This document shows positions 1 through 9,320 of a stretch of 32,000 bases of DNA, one piece after another (position 1 is the first letter of the stretch; each line of letters starts with the position of its first letter). Below the pieces are notes generated by a model. The model was not told where the DNA came from. It made no database searches and saw only the letters and a list, made by a program, of their open reading frames with translations. The DNA comes from Desulfocapsa sulfexigens DSM 10523 (lineage in GTDB: Bacteria; Desulfobacterota; Desulfobulbia; Desulfobulbales; Desulfocapsaceae). The translations under genes were made by a program, and so were the position numbers. Where the stretch lies: assembly GCF_000341395.1 (NCBI RefSeq), contig NC_020304.1, positions 2,610,001-2,642,000 on the forward strand. The letters run 5' to 3'.

Positions 1-1076
1 ATGATGAATTGCTCGTAAATATCAATAAAGCGGTTCACCATTATGCTCTTCTTCGCGAAAACAGCAGGCTGCGCCAGGAGATGCTGGAGCGTACCGGTTA
101 TTCCGGAATGGTGGGAAAGAGCAGACATATGCAGCAGATGTACGAGTTGATTGAAAAGGTGGCCCCCACACCATCTTCGGTTTTGATTACCGGGGAGAGT
201 GGTACCGGTAAGGAACTGGTGGCTAAGGCGATTCACTATAACAGCCCTCGTGCCGACAAGCCTTTTATCACTGTAAACTGTGCGGCCCTTGCCGAGAACC
301 TTCTTGAGAGTGAGCTGTTTGGACATGAAAAAGGTGCCTTTACCGGTGCTGTGGCCATGCGTAAGGGACGTTTTGAACTGGCAGATGGTGGTACACTTTT
401 TCTGGATGAAATCGGAGAGATTCCACTGGCTCTCCAGGCAAAACTACTCCGTGCCATTCAGGAAAAATGTTTTGAACGGGTCGGTGGTACCAATACATTG
501 CATGTTGATGTACGAATAGTCAGTGCTACCAACCGGGAAATACGGGAAGAAGTAAGCAGTGGAAATTTCCGCGAAGATCTGTACTATCGTCTGAATGTCA
601 TTCACCTGGCATTACCAGCCCTGAGAGAACGTCAGGATGATATTCCCTTGCTGGTGAACTACTTTGTAAAATCTGTGACCGATCGTCTTGGAAAAAAAGA
701 TCTCAGCATCACCAAGGAGGCCATGCGTCTTCTTGTGAGTCTTCCCTGGGAGGGAAATGTCAGAGAGCTCGAGAATACAATAGAGCGCGCCGCTATTCTC
801 TGTGATGATAATGAAATCAGAGCGGATGATGTACAGCCGGAATCACTCGGCAATGACAAACAGAAGGTCTTTGGTCGCGATCTTGATCTCAGTAAAGTCA
901 TTCCCCCTGGTGCTGGACTTAATGATGTCCTCTATGCCATAGAGGACAGAATGCTGAACCAGGCACTGGATGAGACCGGGCATGTTCAGGCCAGAGCTGC
1001 CGAGATGTTGGGGATTACCAAGAGTTTGTTACAGTATAAAATGAAAAAATATGGAATTAAAAAGAAGAAAGGGTGA
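1..1076 (+). CDS. Sigma-54-dependent transcriptional regulator (NtrC-like AAA+ and Fis-type HTH), N-terminus cut by the window edge
   Basis: The frame is open to the left edge. Walker A GESGTGKE, the sigma-54 contact motif [26 protein letters not shown], and the C-terminal HTH region ([24 protein letters not shown]) are all present. Confidence 0.93.
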   Translation, partial: DELLVNINKAVHHYALLRENSRLRQEMLERTGYSGMVGKSRHMQQMYELIEKVAPTPSSVLITGESGTGKELVAKAIHYNSPRADKPFITVNCAALAENLLESELFGHEKGAFTGAVAMRKGRFELADGGTLFLDEIGEIPLALQAKLLRAIQEKCFERVGGTNTLHVDVRIVSATNREIREEVSSGNFREDLYYRLNVIHLALPALRERQDDIPLLVNYFVKSVTDRLGKKDLSITKEAMRLLVSLPWEGNVRELENTIERAAILCDDNEIRADDVQPESLGNDKQKVFGRDLDLSKVIPPGAGLNDVLYAIEDRMLNQALDETGHVQARAAEMLGITKSLLQYKMKKYGIKKKKG

Positions 1077-1103
1077 GGGCGCAATCTGGGGTCACCCGGT
1101 TTC

Positions 1104-1958
1104 TCATCTCATGCCCCAATGCAGCTTATTGCGCAGGATTGCAAAATAATCGCGATCCGGAGAAATAATGAGGCGCAGGCAGTGTTTTGCTGCCTCAATC
1201 TCAAGAGTGTCCTTTTCATCCATGTCCCAGACCGGCTGTCCGTCAACAATGATTTGAGCCTTATAGGAACGTCCGGCTTCAAGGTATGTCCGCAGCCGGC
1301 TGTGTGCGGGCAACAGCATGGGCCGGGATCCAAGCATAAATGGGCAGATGGGAGTTACCAGCATGGTGGCCACTCCCGGATATACCAGGGGGCCGCCGGC
1401 GGAAAGGTTATACGCCGTTGATCCGGTGGGGGTGGAGAAGATAAGGCCGTCTGCCTTATAGGTTGTGATGTATTCCTGATCCGCCCGTGTTGAAAGCTCA
1501 AGAACCCGGTCAGTTGTTCCTTTATTGATGACAACATCGTTTAATGCGTATCGGGAATTTCCTGTTTTGCCGTCTTTATTGAGCGATGCCTTCAGCATCA
1601 TCCGATTTTCAATGGTAACTGCCCCGGCTATCAGCTCATCCACCGCTGCAAATGCCTCTTCCTCGGTTCTCTCCGTTAGAAACCCAAGATATCCCATGTT
1701 AATTCCAAGCACCGGAACGGAGTAACGCGCGGCCTGGTCGGCGACGTGCAAAAGAGTGCCGTCACCTCCGACGACAATAAGGACATCGAGATCGTCACTG
1801 AAGCCGTCGATGGTAACCGCAATACCGTGTTTTGCCAGTTTTTTTGCAATCTTCTGAGCAAGCTCAGCTGCGGGGGAATAGTTCTTTTTTAAGACGATTC
1901 CAGCATGCCTGAGTGAAAGAGTGAGGTTTGTGCGAAAGGCTTCTGAAAGTTGAGTCAT
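1104..1958 (-). CDS. nadK: NAD kinase
   Basis: 284 aa with GGDGTLLHVA, NMGYLGFLTE and GLIFSTPTGSTAYNLSAGGPLVYP motifs; ATG start at 1958. Confidence 0.95.
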   Translation of the reverse strand: MTQLSEAFRTNLTLSLRHAGIVLKKNYSPAAELAQKIAKKLAKHGIAVTIDGFSDDLDVLIVVGGDGTLLHVADQAARYSVPVLGINMGYLGFLTERTEEEAFAAVDELIAGAVTIENRMMLKASLNKDGKTGNSRYALNDVVINKGTTDRVLELSTRADQEYITTYKADGLIFSTPTGSTAYNLSAGGPLVYPGVATMLVTPICPFMLGSRPMLLPAHSRLRTYLEAGRSYKAQIIVDGQPVWDMDEKDTLEIEAAKHCLRLIISPDRDYFAILRNKLHWGMR

Positions 1959-1959
1959 A

Positions 1960-2775
1960 TCAGTCAGTTTTCCCGAGCTCTTTGGAGCGGTTGACTGCGG
2001 CTTCTATGGCATCCATAACGATTCCCTTGAATCCGCTGCGTTCAAGAATGTGTTGTGCAGCAATCGTGGTTCCACCCGGGGATGTGACCATGGCTCGTAA
2101 TTCGGCAGGATGCTTTTTGCTCTCAATGAGAAGTTTTACGGAGCCCAGAATAGTTTGGAGGGCAAGTGTTTCGGCTGTGGGTCTCGGCAGTCCTGCCTTG
2201 ATTCCCGCGTCTATCATGGCATCTGCAAAGGTGAAAACATAGGCGGGTCCTGATCCCGAAAGTCCGGTTACAGCATCAAGTAATGACTCATCGAGGGGGA
2301 CGGATTTTCCGATTTTGTTCAGGATTTCCTCACAACGGAGCAGGTCGTCGGGGCCTGTGTTTTTATTGCCACTGAAACCCGATGCGGCTTCGAGAATCAG
2401 GGCAGGAGTGTTTGGCATGACCCGTATGATTTTACAGTCATCACGCCCAAGTGCCTGTTCGTAGAAGGAGATAGGAAGGCCGGCTGCAATGGTGATAATC
2501 AGATGGTCGGGGCTGACAAAGTCTTTACTTGCAGCGAGGACCTTCGCCATGATCTGAGGTTTTACGGCAAGAAGTATAGTAGCAGAGTTTTTCCAGAGTT
2601 GTTCACTGTTGGCAAATCCCTGAATGCCGTAAGTGTCAGAGATATAAGTACGGCGTTCTTGGTTTGGCTCTGCAACGGATATCGCATTGGCCTGGTAAAG
2701 ACCGGAGTCAATAAGTCCGCGAATCAGGGCTTCACCCATTTGCCCGCCACCAATAAATCCAATTGTATGTTTCAT
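1960..2775 (-). CDS. proC: Pyrroline-5-carboxylate reductase
   Basis: 271 aa. N-terminal Rossmann motif IGFIGGGQMGEALIRGL and the C-terminal signature LRAMVTSPGGTTIAAQHILE are typical of ProC. Confidence 0.95.
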   Translation of the reverse strand: MKHTIGFIGGGQMGEALIRGLIDSGLYQANAISVAEPNQERRTYISDTYGIQGFANSEQLWKNSATILLAVKPQIMAKVLAASKDFVSPDHLIITIAAGLPISFYEQALGRDDCKIIRVMPNTPALILEAASGFSGNKNTGPDDLLRCEEILNKIGKSVPLDESLLDAVTGLSGSGPAYVFTFADAMIDAGIKAGLPRPTAETLALQTILGSVKLLIESKKHPAELRAMVTSPGGTTIAAQHILERSGFKGIVMDAIEAAVNRSKELGKTD

Positions 2776-2951
2776 AATGTTGTCCTTTGAGTCTGAAGAA
2801 TTTTTTGGAATGTACCACGTCTTCGTTTAACAGTCTACAGAGGAAAAGGTAGCCTTTTATTCGAGATGAAATCTCTGGTAATTCATGCTAAGAGTAGTTC
2901 TTTAGATAAATAATTATATATTTCTATTATTCTTACTGGGAGTGTTTGCAA

Positions 2952-3389
2952 ATGAAAAAAATTCTTGTGGCTGTCTGTTCGTTGATGATACTGGCTGGTC
3001 AGAGTTTTGGCGGCTGCGTTGAGGGTGATTGCGTGAATGGTGATGGAACCTATGAGTGGTCAGATGGGACACGCTATACAGGAAGTATACGCAATAAGGC
3101 CCCAGATGGGAGAGGATCCATGCTCTATCCTGACGGCGGCGAATATACAGGAGAGATGAAGGCTGGAGAGCGCAGTGGAAAAGGGGATATGAAATTTCCT
3201 GACGGGAAAATATATAAGGGTGAGTGGGCCAATAATCTGATGAATGGCCAGGGAACCATGGACTGGCTCGATGGCAGGAAATATACAGGGGAATGGCTGG
3301 ATGGTATGCAACATGGTCAGGGACGCTTAAGTTACCCCGACGGAAAGGTGAAGGAAGGTGAGTGGGAAGATGGTGATCTGCTCGATTGA
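2952..3389 (+). CDS. Secreted MORN-repeat protein
   Basis: Hydrophobic signal peptide (MKKILVAVCSLMILAGQSFGG) followed by about 5 tandem repeats of the type YPDGxxYTGExxxGxxxGxG. The ORF track starts at a TTG (2946); the ATG at 2952 is more likely. Confidence 0.88.
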   Translation: MKKILVAVCSLMILAGQSFGGCVEGDCVNGDGTYEWSDGTRYTGSIRNKAPDGRGSMLYPDGGEYTGEMKAGERSGKGDMKFPDGKIYKGEWANNLMNGQGTMDWLDGRKYTGEWLDGMQHGQGRLSYPDGKVKEGEWEDGDLLD

Positions 3390-3440
3390 AAAGAAATAGT
3401 TTTAGAAGAACAAAGGACAAGTAGTCATGGAGAAAGAGTA

Positions 3441-3617
3441 ATGATTAGTCAGGAACTACTGGATATTCTAGCCTGCCCTAAATGTAAGGAAGCTGTGGTG
3501 TTGAATGAGACAAAGGATGGACTCCTGTGTGAAAAATGCGGCCTGCTTTATGAAATAAGGGATGATATCCCGGTGATGCTTATCGATGAGGCAGTGCCTC
3601 TTGCACCGAAGGAATAA
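3441..3617 (+). CDS. Trm112 family (YcaR-like) zinc-ribbon small protein, 58 aa
   Basis: Manual translation MISQELLDILACPKCKEAVVLNETKDGLLCEKCGLLYEIRDDIPVMLIDEAVPLAPKE. It has CPxC and CxxC pairs and the terminal YxIRDDIPVMLxDEA of this family. It is absent from the ORF track because of its length. Confidence 0.9.
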   Translation: MISQELLDILACPKCKEAVVLNETKDGLLCEKCGLLYEIRDDIPVMLIDEAVPLAPKE

Positions 3618-3629
3618 ATACCAGCTATT

Positions 3630-4718
3630 ATGGAACTCACTTTTTTTTCCCAGCTCGACTCTTTTCTTCGTGGATTTCCACTCCTCCATGAATATGACCT
3701 GCTTGAGAGGTTGGTCATCGTCTGTATCTATGCCGTACTTGCAAAGGTTTTTGATCTGTTGCTTATACGCTCCCTGCGAAAGCTGGCAAAGAAAACCAGG
3801 ATGCATTTCGATGATTTTCTGGTCGATTTTTTTCACAGACCCTTTCTTGCCACCGTCATTCTTATAGGAGTCCTCCATGCCTGCTCGGTGGAACCGGCAC
3901 TTCCACAATCAGCTGCATGGATAATTCCCAACGGAAGTAAAACACTTATCCTTATGGTCTGGTGTGCTGCTCTCTCCAGAAGTCTCAGTAGAACCAGTCT
4001 TGAAGCAGCGAGCAGGATACTTGGAGGGAGGCATATTGATCCTGATATATTCCTTCTTTTTAAAAATGTTTCAAGGATTCTTGTCCTGTTCTTTACCATC
4101 CTGTGGATTCTCCTTATCTGGCAGGTAAATCTTTCCCCTCTTTTTGCATCAGCGGGAATAGTAGGAATCGCCATAGCTCTTGCCGCCAAGGATACACTGG
4201 CCAATTTTTTTGGTGGCATTTCCGTTTTTATGGATCGGGCGTATAAGGTTGGTGAGTATATTATTATTGAGTCCGGTGAGCGCGGTGAGGTCGTGGAGGT
4301 TGGTATCCGGTCAACAAAGATTCTGACTCGTGATGATGTTATGATTACTGTTCCAAACGGTATTATGGCCAATTCAAAGATCATCAATGAATCTGCACCC
4401 CAACCGAGATTCAGGATACGTCTCGATATTGGTGTTGCCTACGGGACGGATCTTGACATGGTGGAAAATCTGCTTTTGCGGGTTGCCGATGAAAACAATC
4501 AGGTGGTGAAGCAACCTGCACCACGGGTAAGGCTGAGAGCATTCGGGGATTCCGCTGTGAACTTTCAGCTACTTCTCTGGGTTCGAGACCCCCGGGAAAA
4601 AGGGCGACAGACCCATCTGCTGTTAAAGGAGGTATATCGCGTCTTTAACGAGAATAATGTGTCCATACCCTTTCCACAGCGTGATGTGTATCTCAGGGAG
4701 CAGAAAGTAGAGAGTTGA
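3630..4718 (+). CDS. MscS-family mechanosensitive ion channel
   Basis: Multiple TM segments, then ALAAKDTLANFFGGISVFMDRAYKVGEYI...GEVVEVGIRSTKILTRDDVMITVPNG, the MscS pore helix and beta domain. Confidence 0.93.
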   Translation: MELTFFSQLDSFLRGFPLLHEYDLLERLVIVCIYAVLAKVFDLLLIRSLRKLAKKTRMHFDDFLVDFFHRPFLATVILIGVLHACSVEPALPQSAAWIIPNGSKTLILMVWCAALSRSLSRTSLEAASRILGGRHIDPDIFLLFKNVSRILVLFFTILWILLIWQVNLSPLFASAGIVGIAIALAAKDTLANFFGGISVFMDRAYKVGEYIIIESGERGEVVEVGIRSTKILTRDDVMITVPNGIMANSKIINESAPQPRFRIRLDIGVAYGTDLDMVENLLLRVADENNQVVKQPAPRVRLRAFGDSAVNFQLLLWVRDPREKGRQTHLLLKEVYRVFNENNVSIPFPQRDVYLREQKVES

Positions 4719-4721
4719 AAC

Positions 4722-6308
4722 TTATCCCTCAATCGCTGCTTTCTTTTTCTGCAGGACCTGTAAGACTATTGCAAGTCCTGCGGAGAGCAGGCAGAGAATT
4801 GCGGCAAGGGTGAATGCCGCAGCATAGCTGCCAGTCATAACTTTTGCAAAATTTCCAGCTGCAATGCCGACCACCCCGGCAATTCCATAGGACGTAAAAA
4901 CCCAGCCATAATTGGCACCAAGGTTTTTGGCGCCAAAAAAGTCTGCGGTGGCGGAAGGGAACAGGGCGAAATTTCCCCCAAAATTAAACCCGACCAATGC
5001 GGCGCCAATGCTCAGCGATGCCTCTGTCTTCATTCCAGCGAGGAAAAACATAATGCCTGCCTGAAGAAGAAACATAGCAACAAAAGCAGCGGTACGGCCA
5101 ATCCGATCTGAGATAAACCCCCAGACTATCCTGCCAACTGCGTTAAATATTGCCAGTAGGCCAACCGCCAGAGAGCCTTTCAACATTAACGCGCTTATTT
5201 CAGAAGCATTTAAGGCAGCTCCCGTCTCCATGGCCGCACTTACCAGTTGTTCTCCGGCAAAGACTTTGATAATTCCAATGACCATGAGTCCTGCCATGGC
5301 ACCACTGAAAAACATCAACCAGAGGAGATAAAACGCGGGATCTTTAAGAGTTTGCTGCCATTTTGAATCTGCCAAAGCAGTTTTTTTTGCTGCGGGGTGT
5401 GTTGATGGAGGGTTGGAAAGAAGAAGTGCACCGGCAGTAACGCCGACTATACAGATAATCCCGTGTATAATAAAGAAGGGAAATATTCCCTGTTTCCCGA
5501 TATAGCCAAGTGCTCCCCATTTCTGGCTGAAGAGATAGGCGCCAAGACCAAATCCGGCAACAGCAATGCCACTTACCAAACCTTTGTGATCCGGGAACCA
5601 TTTCATCAAAGCTGCAATGGGACAGACATAGGCAAAGCCGATTCCGGCCCCGGCCATAAAACCGATAGTCCCCCACAGCAGAAGAAGCCTGTCCATTTCT
5701 GCAACCTTGCCGACGTACTGGTTTCCGAGCATGACACTGGCAACAATGCAGGTGGTCATTATACCCATGGGAGCGTAACGGACTATAACCGATTCCTCAT
5801 GGGCGTGACCAAAAAAAGTGTGAAAAAGCATAAGGATGAGCAATGTTACAATACCTGCGAAAAAGGCATGGGCCAGGTAAAAAACAATGGCGTTTGTCAT
5901 CAGACCGGCATAGATGAAACCGCTACCCATCAGAAGTCCACCGATAATTGCGGGAACTCTTGGACCCTGAATATCCTGAACCCGTCCCGCAATGACCATG
6001 ACGGCAGCAAAGCTTAAAATACAGATTGAGAAGGCATATTTTAGTATGCCCTGCTGCTTTGCCAGCTCTATCTTGACTGCGGTGGTGTCTGCAACAACAA
6101 TGGTGTCTTCTACAAAAGTCCCGTCATTGATTTGAAATGTTTGCTGCGCTTCTGTGATGATGGGTGGAAAAATGTTGGAGGTCAGTGGCTCCCAGAATAT
6201 AGAGTAGCCGTAGACCGTACCGAGTATAAGTTGAACCAGGATTGCTCCAATCAAAACCTGAAAACGTTTTCCTTTGCCAGCTGAAGCAACGGTGCAGTGA
6301 GTTTCCAT
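4722..6308 (-). CDS. OFA-family MFS transporter (oxalate/formate antiporter-like)
   Basis: 12-TM-like hydrophobic pattern with LGTVYGYSIFWEPL, DHKGLVSGIAVAGFGLGAYLFS and GRIVWGFISDRIGR. The start was moved to the ATG at 6308 because of an upstream GGAGG (CTGGAGGAAGATCCATG). Confidence 0.85.
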   Translation of the reverse strand: METHCTVASAGKGKRFQVLIGAILVQLILGTVYGYSIFWEPLTSNIFPPIITEAQQTFQINDGTFVEDTIVVADTTAVKIELAKQQGILKYAFSICILSFAAVMVIAGRVQDIQGPRVPAIIGGLLMGSGFIYAGLMTNAIVFYLAHAFFAGIVTLLILMLFHTFFGHAHEESVIVRYAPMGIMTTCIVASVMLGNQYVGKVAEMDRLLLLWGTIGFMAGAGIGFAYVCPIAALMKWFPDHKGLVSGIAVAGFGLGAYLFSQKWGALGYIGKQGIFPFFIIHGIICIVGVTAGALLLSNPPSTHPAAKKTALADSKWQQTLKDPAFYLLWLMFFSGAMAGLMVIGIIKVFAGEQLVSAAMETGAALNASEISALMLKGSLAVGLLAIFNAVGRIVWGFISDRIGRTAAFVAMFLLQAGIMFFLAGMKTEASLSIGAALVGFNFGGNFALFPSATADFFGAKNLGANYGWVFTSYGIAGVVGIAAGNFAKVMTGSYAAAFTLAAILCLLSAGLAIVLQVLQKKKAAIEG

Positions 6309-6410
6309 GGATCTTCCTCCAGTCAGGATTAGAGTATGATTGCCATACATTTACCTGATTACCATCTAAACTCAGCTTTGCAACCCGGAGTTGTTACGTG
6401 TCAATTATAT

Positions 6411-6469
6411 GGGACGCCATAAACCCATCCCTGGGGGCTCTGCTGTGGCCGTCCAGGCCGCAGATGCCC
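6411..6469. repeat. Putative REP-like palindromic intergenic element
   Basis: gggacgccataaacccatccctgggggctctgctgtggccgtccaggccgcagatgccc contains hairpin CTGTGGCC-gtcca-GGCCGCAG (6443-6463, 8 bp with one G.T). It is GC-rich within an AT-richer non-coding gap. No second copy is visible in this window. Confidence 0.4.
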
Positions 6470-6663
6470 GTATAATCAACACGAAAAAACTCCTCCTCAG
6501 GCGGGTAGGCTGAGGATTAGTGATAATCAGGTACATTTATCCTCTCACACTGATAAAGAAAAAGATAATGAAATATTTTTATTCACCCTGATTCTAGGAT
6601 TTGAGGAAGTCCCTCCTGTGTTTTGTCTGATTCCTTGTCGGGTACTGCCAAATGCCTGGAAAG

Positions 6664-7851
6664 TCAGTTGTTTTTTTGATCACCCTCCGCTATTGCCGGG
6701 AGGAAACGCTGCAGGTTTCTCTCAACGAGTTCTTCAATTACAATGTCGGGTTTGTAGAGAGCCACCAGGTCTTGGAGAGTGCTTTGATTGAATAATTGCA
6801 TTGTTGCACCATTTCTATAGCGCGTTACATATAAGACTTCTCCAAAGCTTTCAGAGATATAGGGTTTGAGAATATTAAAGAAGGAGTCATGCAGAACAAG
6901 AACACGTAGTGGTCTGTCTTTTTTTATGGTGTGCAAGGTCTGCAGTAGTGGTGAAGGGATGATATCTGCAGTCTCTTTACTCAGTTTCATTGGTGTTGCA
7001 GTGAAGTCGCTGGTGTCAAGTACGGGACGTTGTTCTCTTATGGTATCCTTTCCACCCATCATTACCGCCAGGTCTCCATCGGACATATCTGCCCAATGAG
7101 GTTTTAAATGGATGTTTTTTAGTGCCTGGATTTCGGGAAAGACGATTTGGCTCCGTTCCATTACTGCCTGGTAGGCAAGGAATGCGCCATGGGCATTCCA
7201 ATGGGTGTCGCTTTTAAAGTATAGCTGAGTTTGGTCTTTTTCCCGTTGCAGGCGCGATCTGACATCAAGCAGATTCTCTCCTCCGTGGTCAGGTTTTTTC
7301 GCAAGGAGTCTGTCAAGACGGCTTGGTTTTAGAGAAGACTGGTAATGTTCTGGAAGGTACTCCGGGTAGATCGTCTGTTTATTGGGAGCAACCAGGAAAA
7401 TGTAGGCGATCCCCAATTCTTTTAACCACTTTTCCTGCTCGATTAAATGATGCCAGAATACCTTTTTTTCCTTTTCTGAGAATTGAATTTTTCCTTTAAG
7501 GTCATTCAGAATATTACCAGATGAGAGGTAGAGCCAGCCATCATTCCCTTCGACAACATCGGCTACGCCACTTATGCCAAAACGTTTTTGTGCTTCACGC
7601 TGGTAGCGGTGAATCAACCATTCGCGCAGGCCAAAATGATCCTGAAAGTAGGAGTCGAAAGAGCGGGTGAATGTGCTGATTGAGTGCAGGCTGTCTATCT
7701 TGGGAAAAGACTGTAATGTCCTTTTTTCCACATCTGAATAAAAAACATCTTTCTCAACCAGCCACAGGACAGAAGGGCTCAGCAGGGCTCCAAGGAAGAG
7801 AGCAATGATCAGAAAATCAACAAGCTTTGAAACTATCGGATTTTGGGTCAT
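6664..7851 (-). CDS. AlgJ/AlgX-like SGNH-type protein, probable polysaccharide O-acetyltransferase partner
   Basis: One TM segment near the N-terminus, then DVVEGNDGWLYLSSG, YIFLVAPNKQTIYPEYLP, YFKSDTHWNAHGAFLAYQ and VLVLHDSFFN, the AlgJ/AlgX hydrolase-like pattern. Start at the ATG at 7851. Confidence 0.87.
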   Translation of the reverse strand: MTQNPIVSKLVDFLIIALFLGALLSPSVLWLVEKDVFYSDVEKRTLQSFPKIDSLHSISTFTRSFDSYFQDHFGLREWLIHRYQREAQKRFGISGVADVVEGNDGWLYLSSGNILNDLKGKIQFSEKEKKVFWHHLIEQEKWLKELGIAYIFLVAPNKQTIYPEYLPEHYQSSLKPSRLDRLLAKKPDHGGENLLDVRSRLQREKDQTQLYFKSDTHWNAHGAFLAYQAVMERSQIVFPEIQALKNIHLKPHWADMSDGDLAVMMGGKDTIREQRPVLDTSDFTATPMKLSKETADIIPSPLLQTLHTIKKDRPLRVLVLHDSFFNILKPYISESFGEVLYVTRYRNGATMQLFNQSTLQDLVALYKPDIVIEELVERNLQRFLPAIAEGDQKNN

Positions 7852-7855
7852 TGTC

Positions 7856-9295
7856 TTAAAATTGAAAGTAGAGAAAGGGGTGGTATGCCTGGGCGGCAAC
7901 ACTGATAAAAATAAAATAGAGGAGTGCTGTGAACAGGCTTAGTCGCCCTGTGGCCAGAAAACTCGTCGTAAGAAGAGTTGGTTTCCATTCGAGTAGCTTT
8001 TGCATACGTCTTGAGCCAAGTGAATATGTGGGAAAGGCAAAGAAGAACGCGAAAAGGAGTTGGGTGAACAGAAGTGTATCGGTAGTGAGGAGTGAAATTA
8101 TTGAGCCTTCGGTTGTTGTTTGCCCGCCTGCCATAACCCGAAGAAACTCCCAGGCAAAAGTAAGAGAGGGGCTTCTGAAGATAACCCAGCCAACCATTAC
8201 AACCGTTGTTGTATAGAGCCATCCTGGAATGTGATGCCAGATCTTCTTTTGGTTGAGCGGAACAACTCGTTCCAGTACCAGGAACAGCCCATGCCAGAGC
8301 CCCCAGACAACAAAGGTCCAGTTTGCACCGTGCCAGAGACCGCAAAGAAGGAAAACAATGAGGAGATTTGCCATTGTTCTTCCCGCCCCTTTTCTGCTGC
8401 CCCCCAGAGGTATATATAAATAATCACGTAACCAGGTGGATAATGAAATGTGCCAGCGTTTCCAGAATTCTCTCATGGAGCGTGAGATGTAGGGATAATT
8501 GAAGTTTTCAGGCAGGCGAAAACCAAACATCTTTCCAAGGCCGATGGCCATGTCGGAATATCCGGAAAAATCGTAATAAATCTGTAGGGTAAAACAGCTT
8601 GCCCCAAGCCAGGCGTCTCCGGTGCTGAGCTCATGGAAGGGCAGGTTGAATAGCTGGTCCGCTTTTACGCCAAGGGGGTCGGCGAGGAGGATTTTCTTGG
8701 CCAGTCCGAATGTGAAACGTTCAGTGCCTGCAGCAAATCCGGCTCTGTTCACAGTGCGTTCACGTAACTGGTGGGCTATGTCGTGGTAGCGGACGATGGG
8801 GCCGGCAATGAGTTGCGGAAACATGGAAATGTATAATCCACAATTCAATAGACGTTTTTCGGCAGGAGCTACACACCGGTATACATCTATGAGGTACGAA
8901 ATTGCCTGAAAGGTAAAAAAAGAGATCCCTGCAGGGAGGTGAATGTTTGTCATCTGCCATGAGTCGTGACCGGTGGCGAAAAACAGAGGAGCAAGGGTGG
9001 CAAGAGTAAAGTGGAGGTATTTAAATATAAAGAGGGGGAGAAGGTTACAAAGGATACCAAGTCCCAGGAGCAGTGTTTTGTTTTTTCCAGAGGACCGTTC
9101 AATTTCACGGCCAAGAAAATAGGTCATGCAAATGGAAAGAAGGAGCAGAAGGGTATAGCCACCCTCTCCCCAGGCATAAAACAGCAGACTTGAAGCAAAA
9201 AGAAAATAATTCCGGTATGGTTTTCCAGCACAGAAGCTGCCGGCAATAACAATGGGCAGAAAGAGGAAAAGAAAGGTAACGGAGCTGAATATCAT
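7856..9295 (-). CDS. MBOAT family O-acyltransferase (AlgI-like)
   Basis: Multi-TM protein with ISFFTFQAISYLIDVYR, QLIAGPIVRYHDI, FWKRWHISLSTWLRDYLYIPLGG and CGLWHGANWTFVVWGLWHG signatures. The start at 9295 (MIFSSVTF) is preferred, since the ORF-track start lies inside a strong hairpin. Confidence 0.93.
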   Translation of the reverse strand: MIFSSVTFLFLFLPIVIAGSFCAGKPYRNYFLFASSLLFYAWGEGGYTLLLLLSICMTYFLGREIERSSGKNKTLLLGLGILCNLLPLFIFKYLHFTLATLAPLFFATGHDSWQMTNIHLPAGISFFTFQAISYLIDVYRCVAPAEKRLLNCGLYISMFPQLIAGPIVRYHDIAHQLRERTVNRAGFAAGTERFTFGLAKKILLADPLGVKADQLFNLPFHELSTGDAWLGASCFTLQIYYDFSGYSDMAIGLGKMFGFRLPENFNYPYISRSMREFWKRWHISLSTWLRDYLYIPLGGSRKGAGRTMANLLIVFLLCGLWHGANWTFVVWGLWHGLFLVLERVVPLNQKKIWHHIPGWLYTTTVVMVGWVIFRSPSLTFAWEFLRVMAGGQTTTEGSIISLLTTDTLLFTQLLFAFFFAFPTYSLGSRRMQKLLEWKPTLLTTSFLATGRLSLFTALLYFIFISVAAQAYHPFLYFQF

Positions 9296-9320
9296 GGATA
9301 GATATTTTGTGGGGCCTTCA

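Noticed and set aside
1-1076. Calling the sigma-54 activator nifA because nifU/nifS are present
   Set aside because: The N-terminal sensory domain is cut off and no nitrogenase genes are visible; the AAA+ and HTH domains alone cannot identify NifA.
3060-3370. Nucleotide-level tandem repeats that might suggest a mobile or CRISPR-like array
   Set aside because: They are degenerate 69-bp periodicities explained by MORN protein repeats; there are no conserved spacers or direct repeats.
2914-3420. 168-aa ORF antisense to the MORN gene
   Set aside because: The repetitive YPDG/GEW coding of MORN repeats produces proline- and histidine-rich antisense translation; no independent evidence.
5463-6017. 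184-aa ORF antisense to the OFA transporter
   Set aside because: The sense strand encodes a clear membrane transporter, while the antisense product has no coherent domain.
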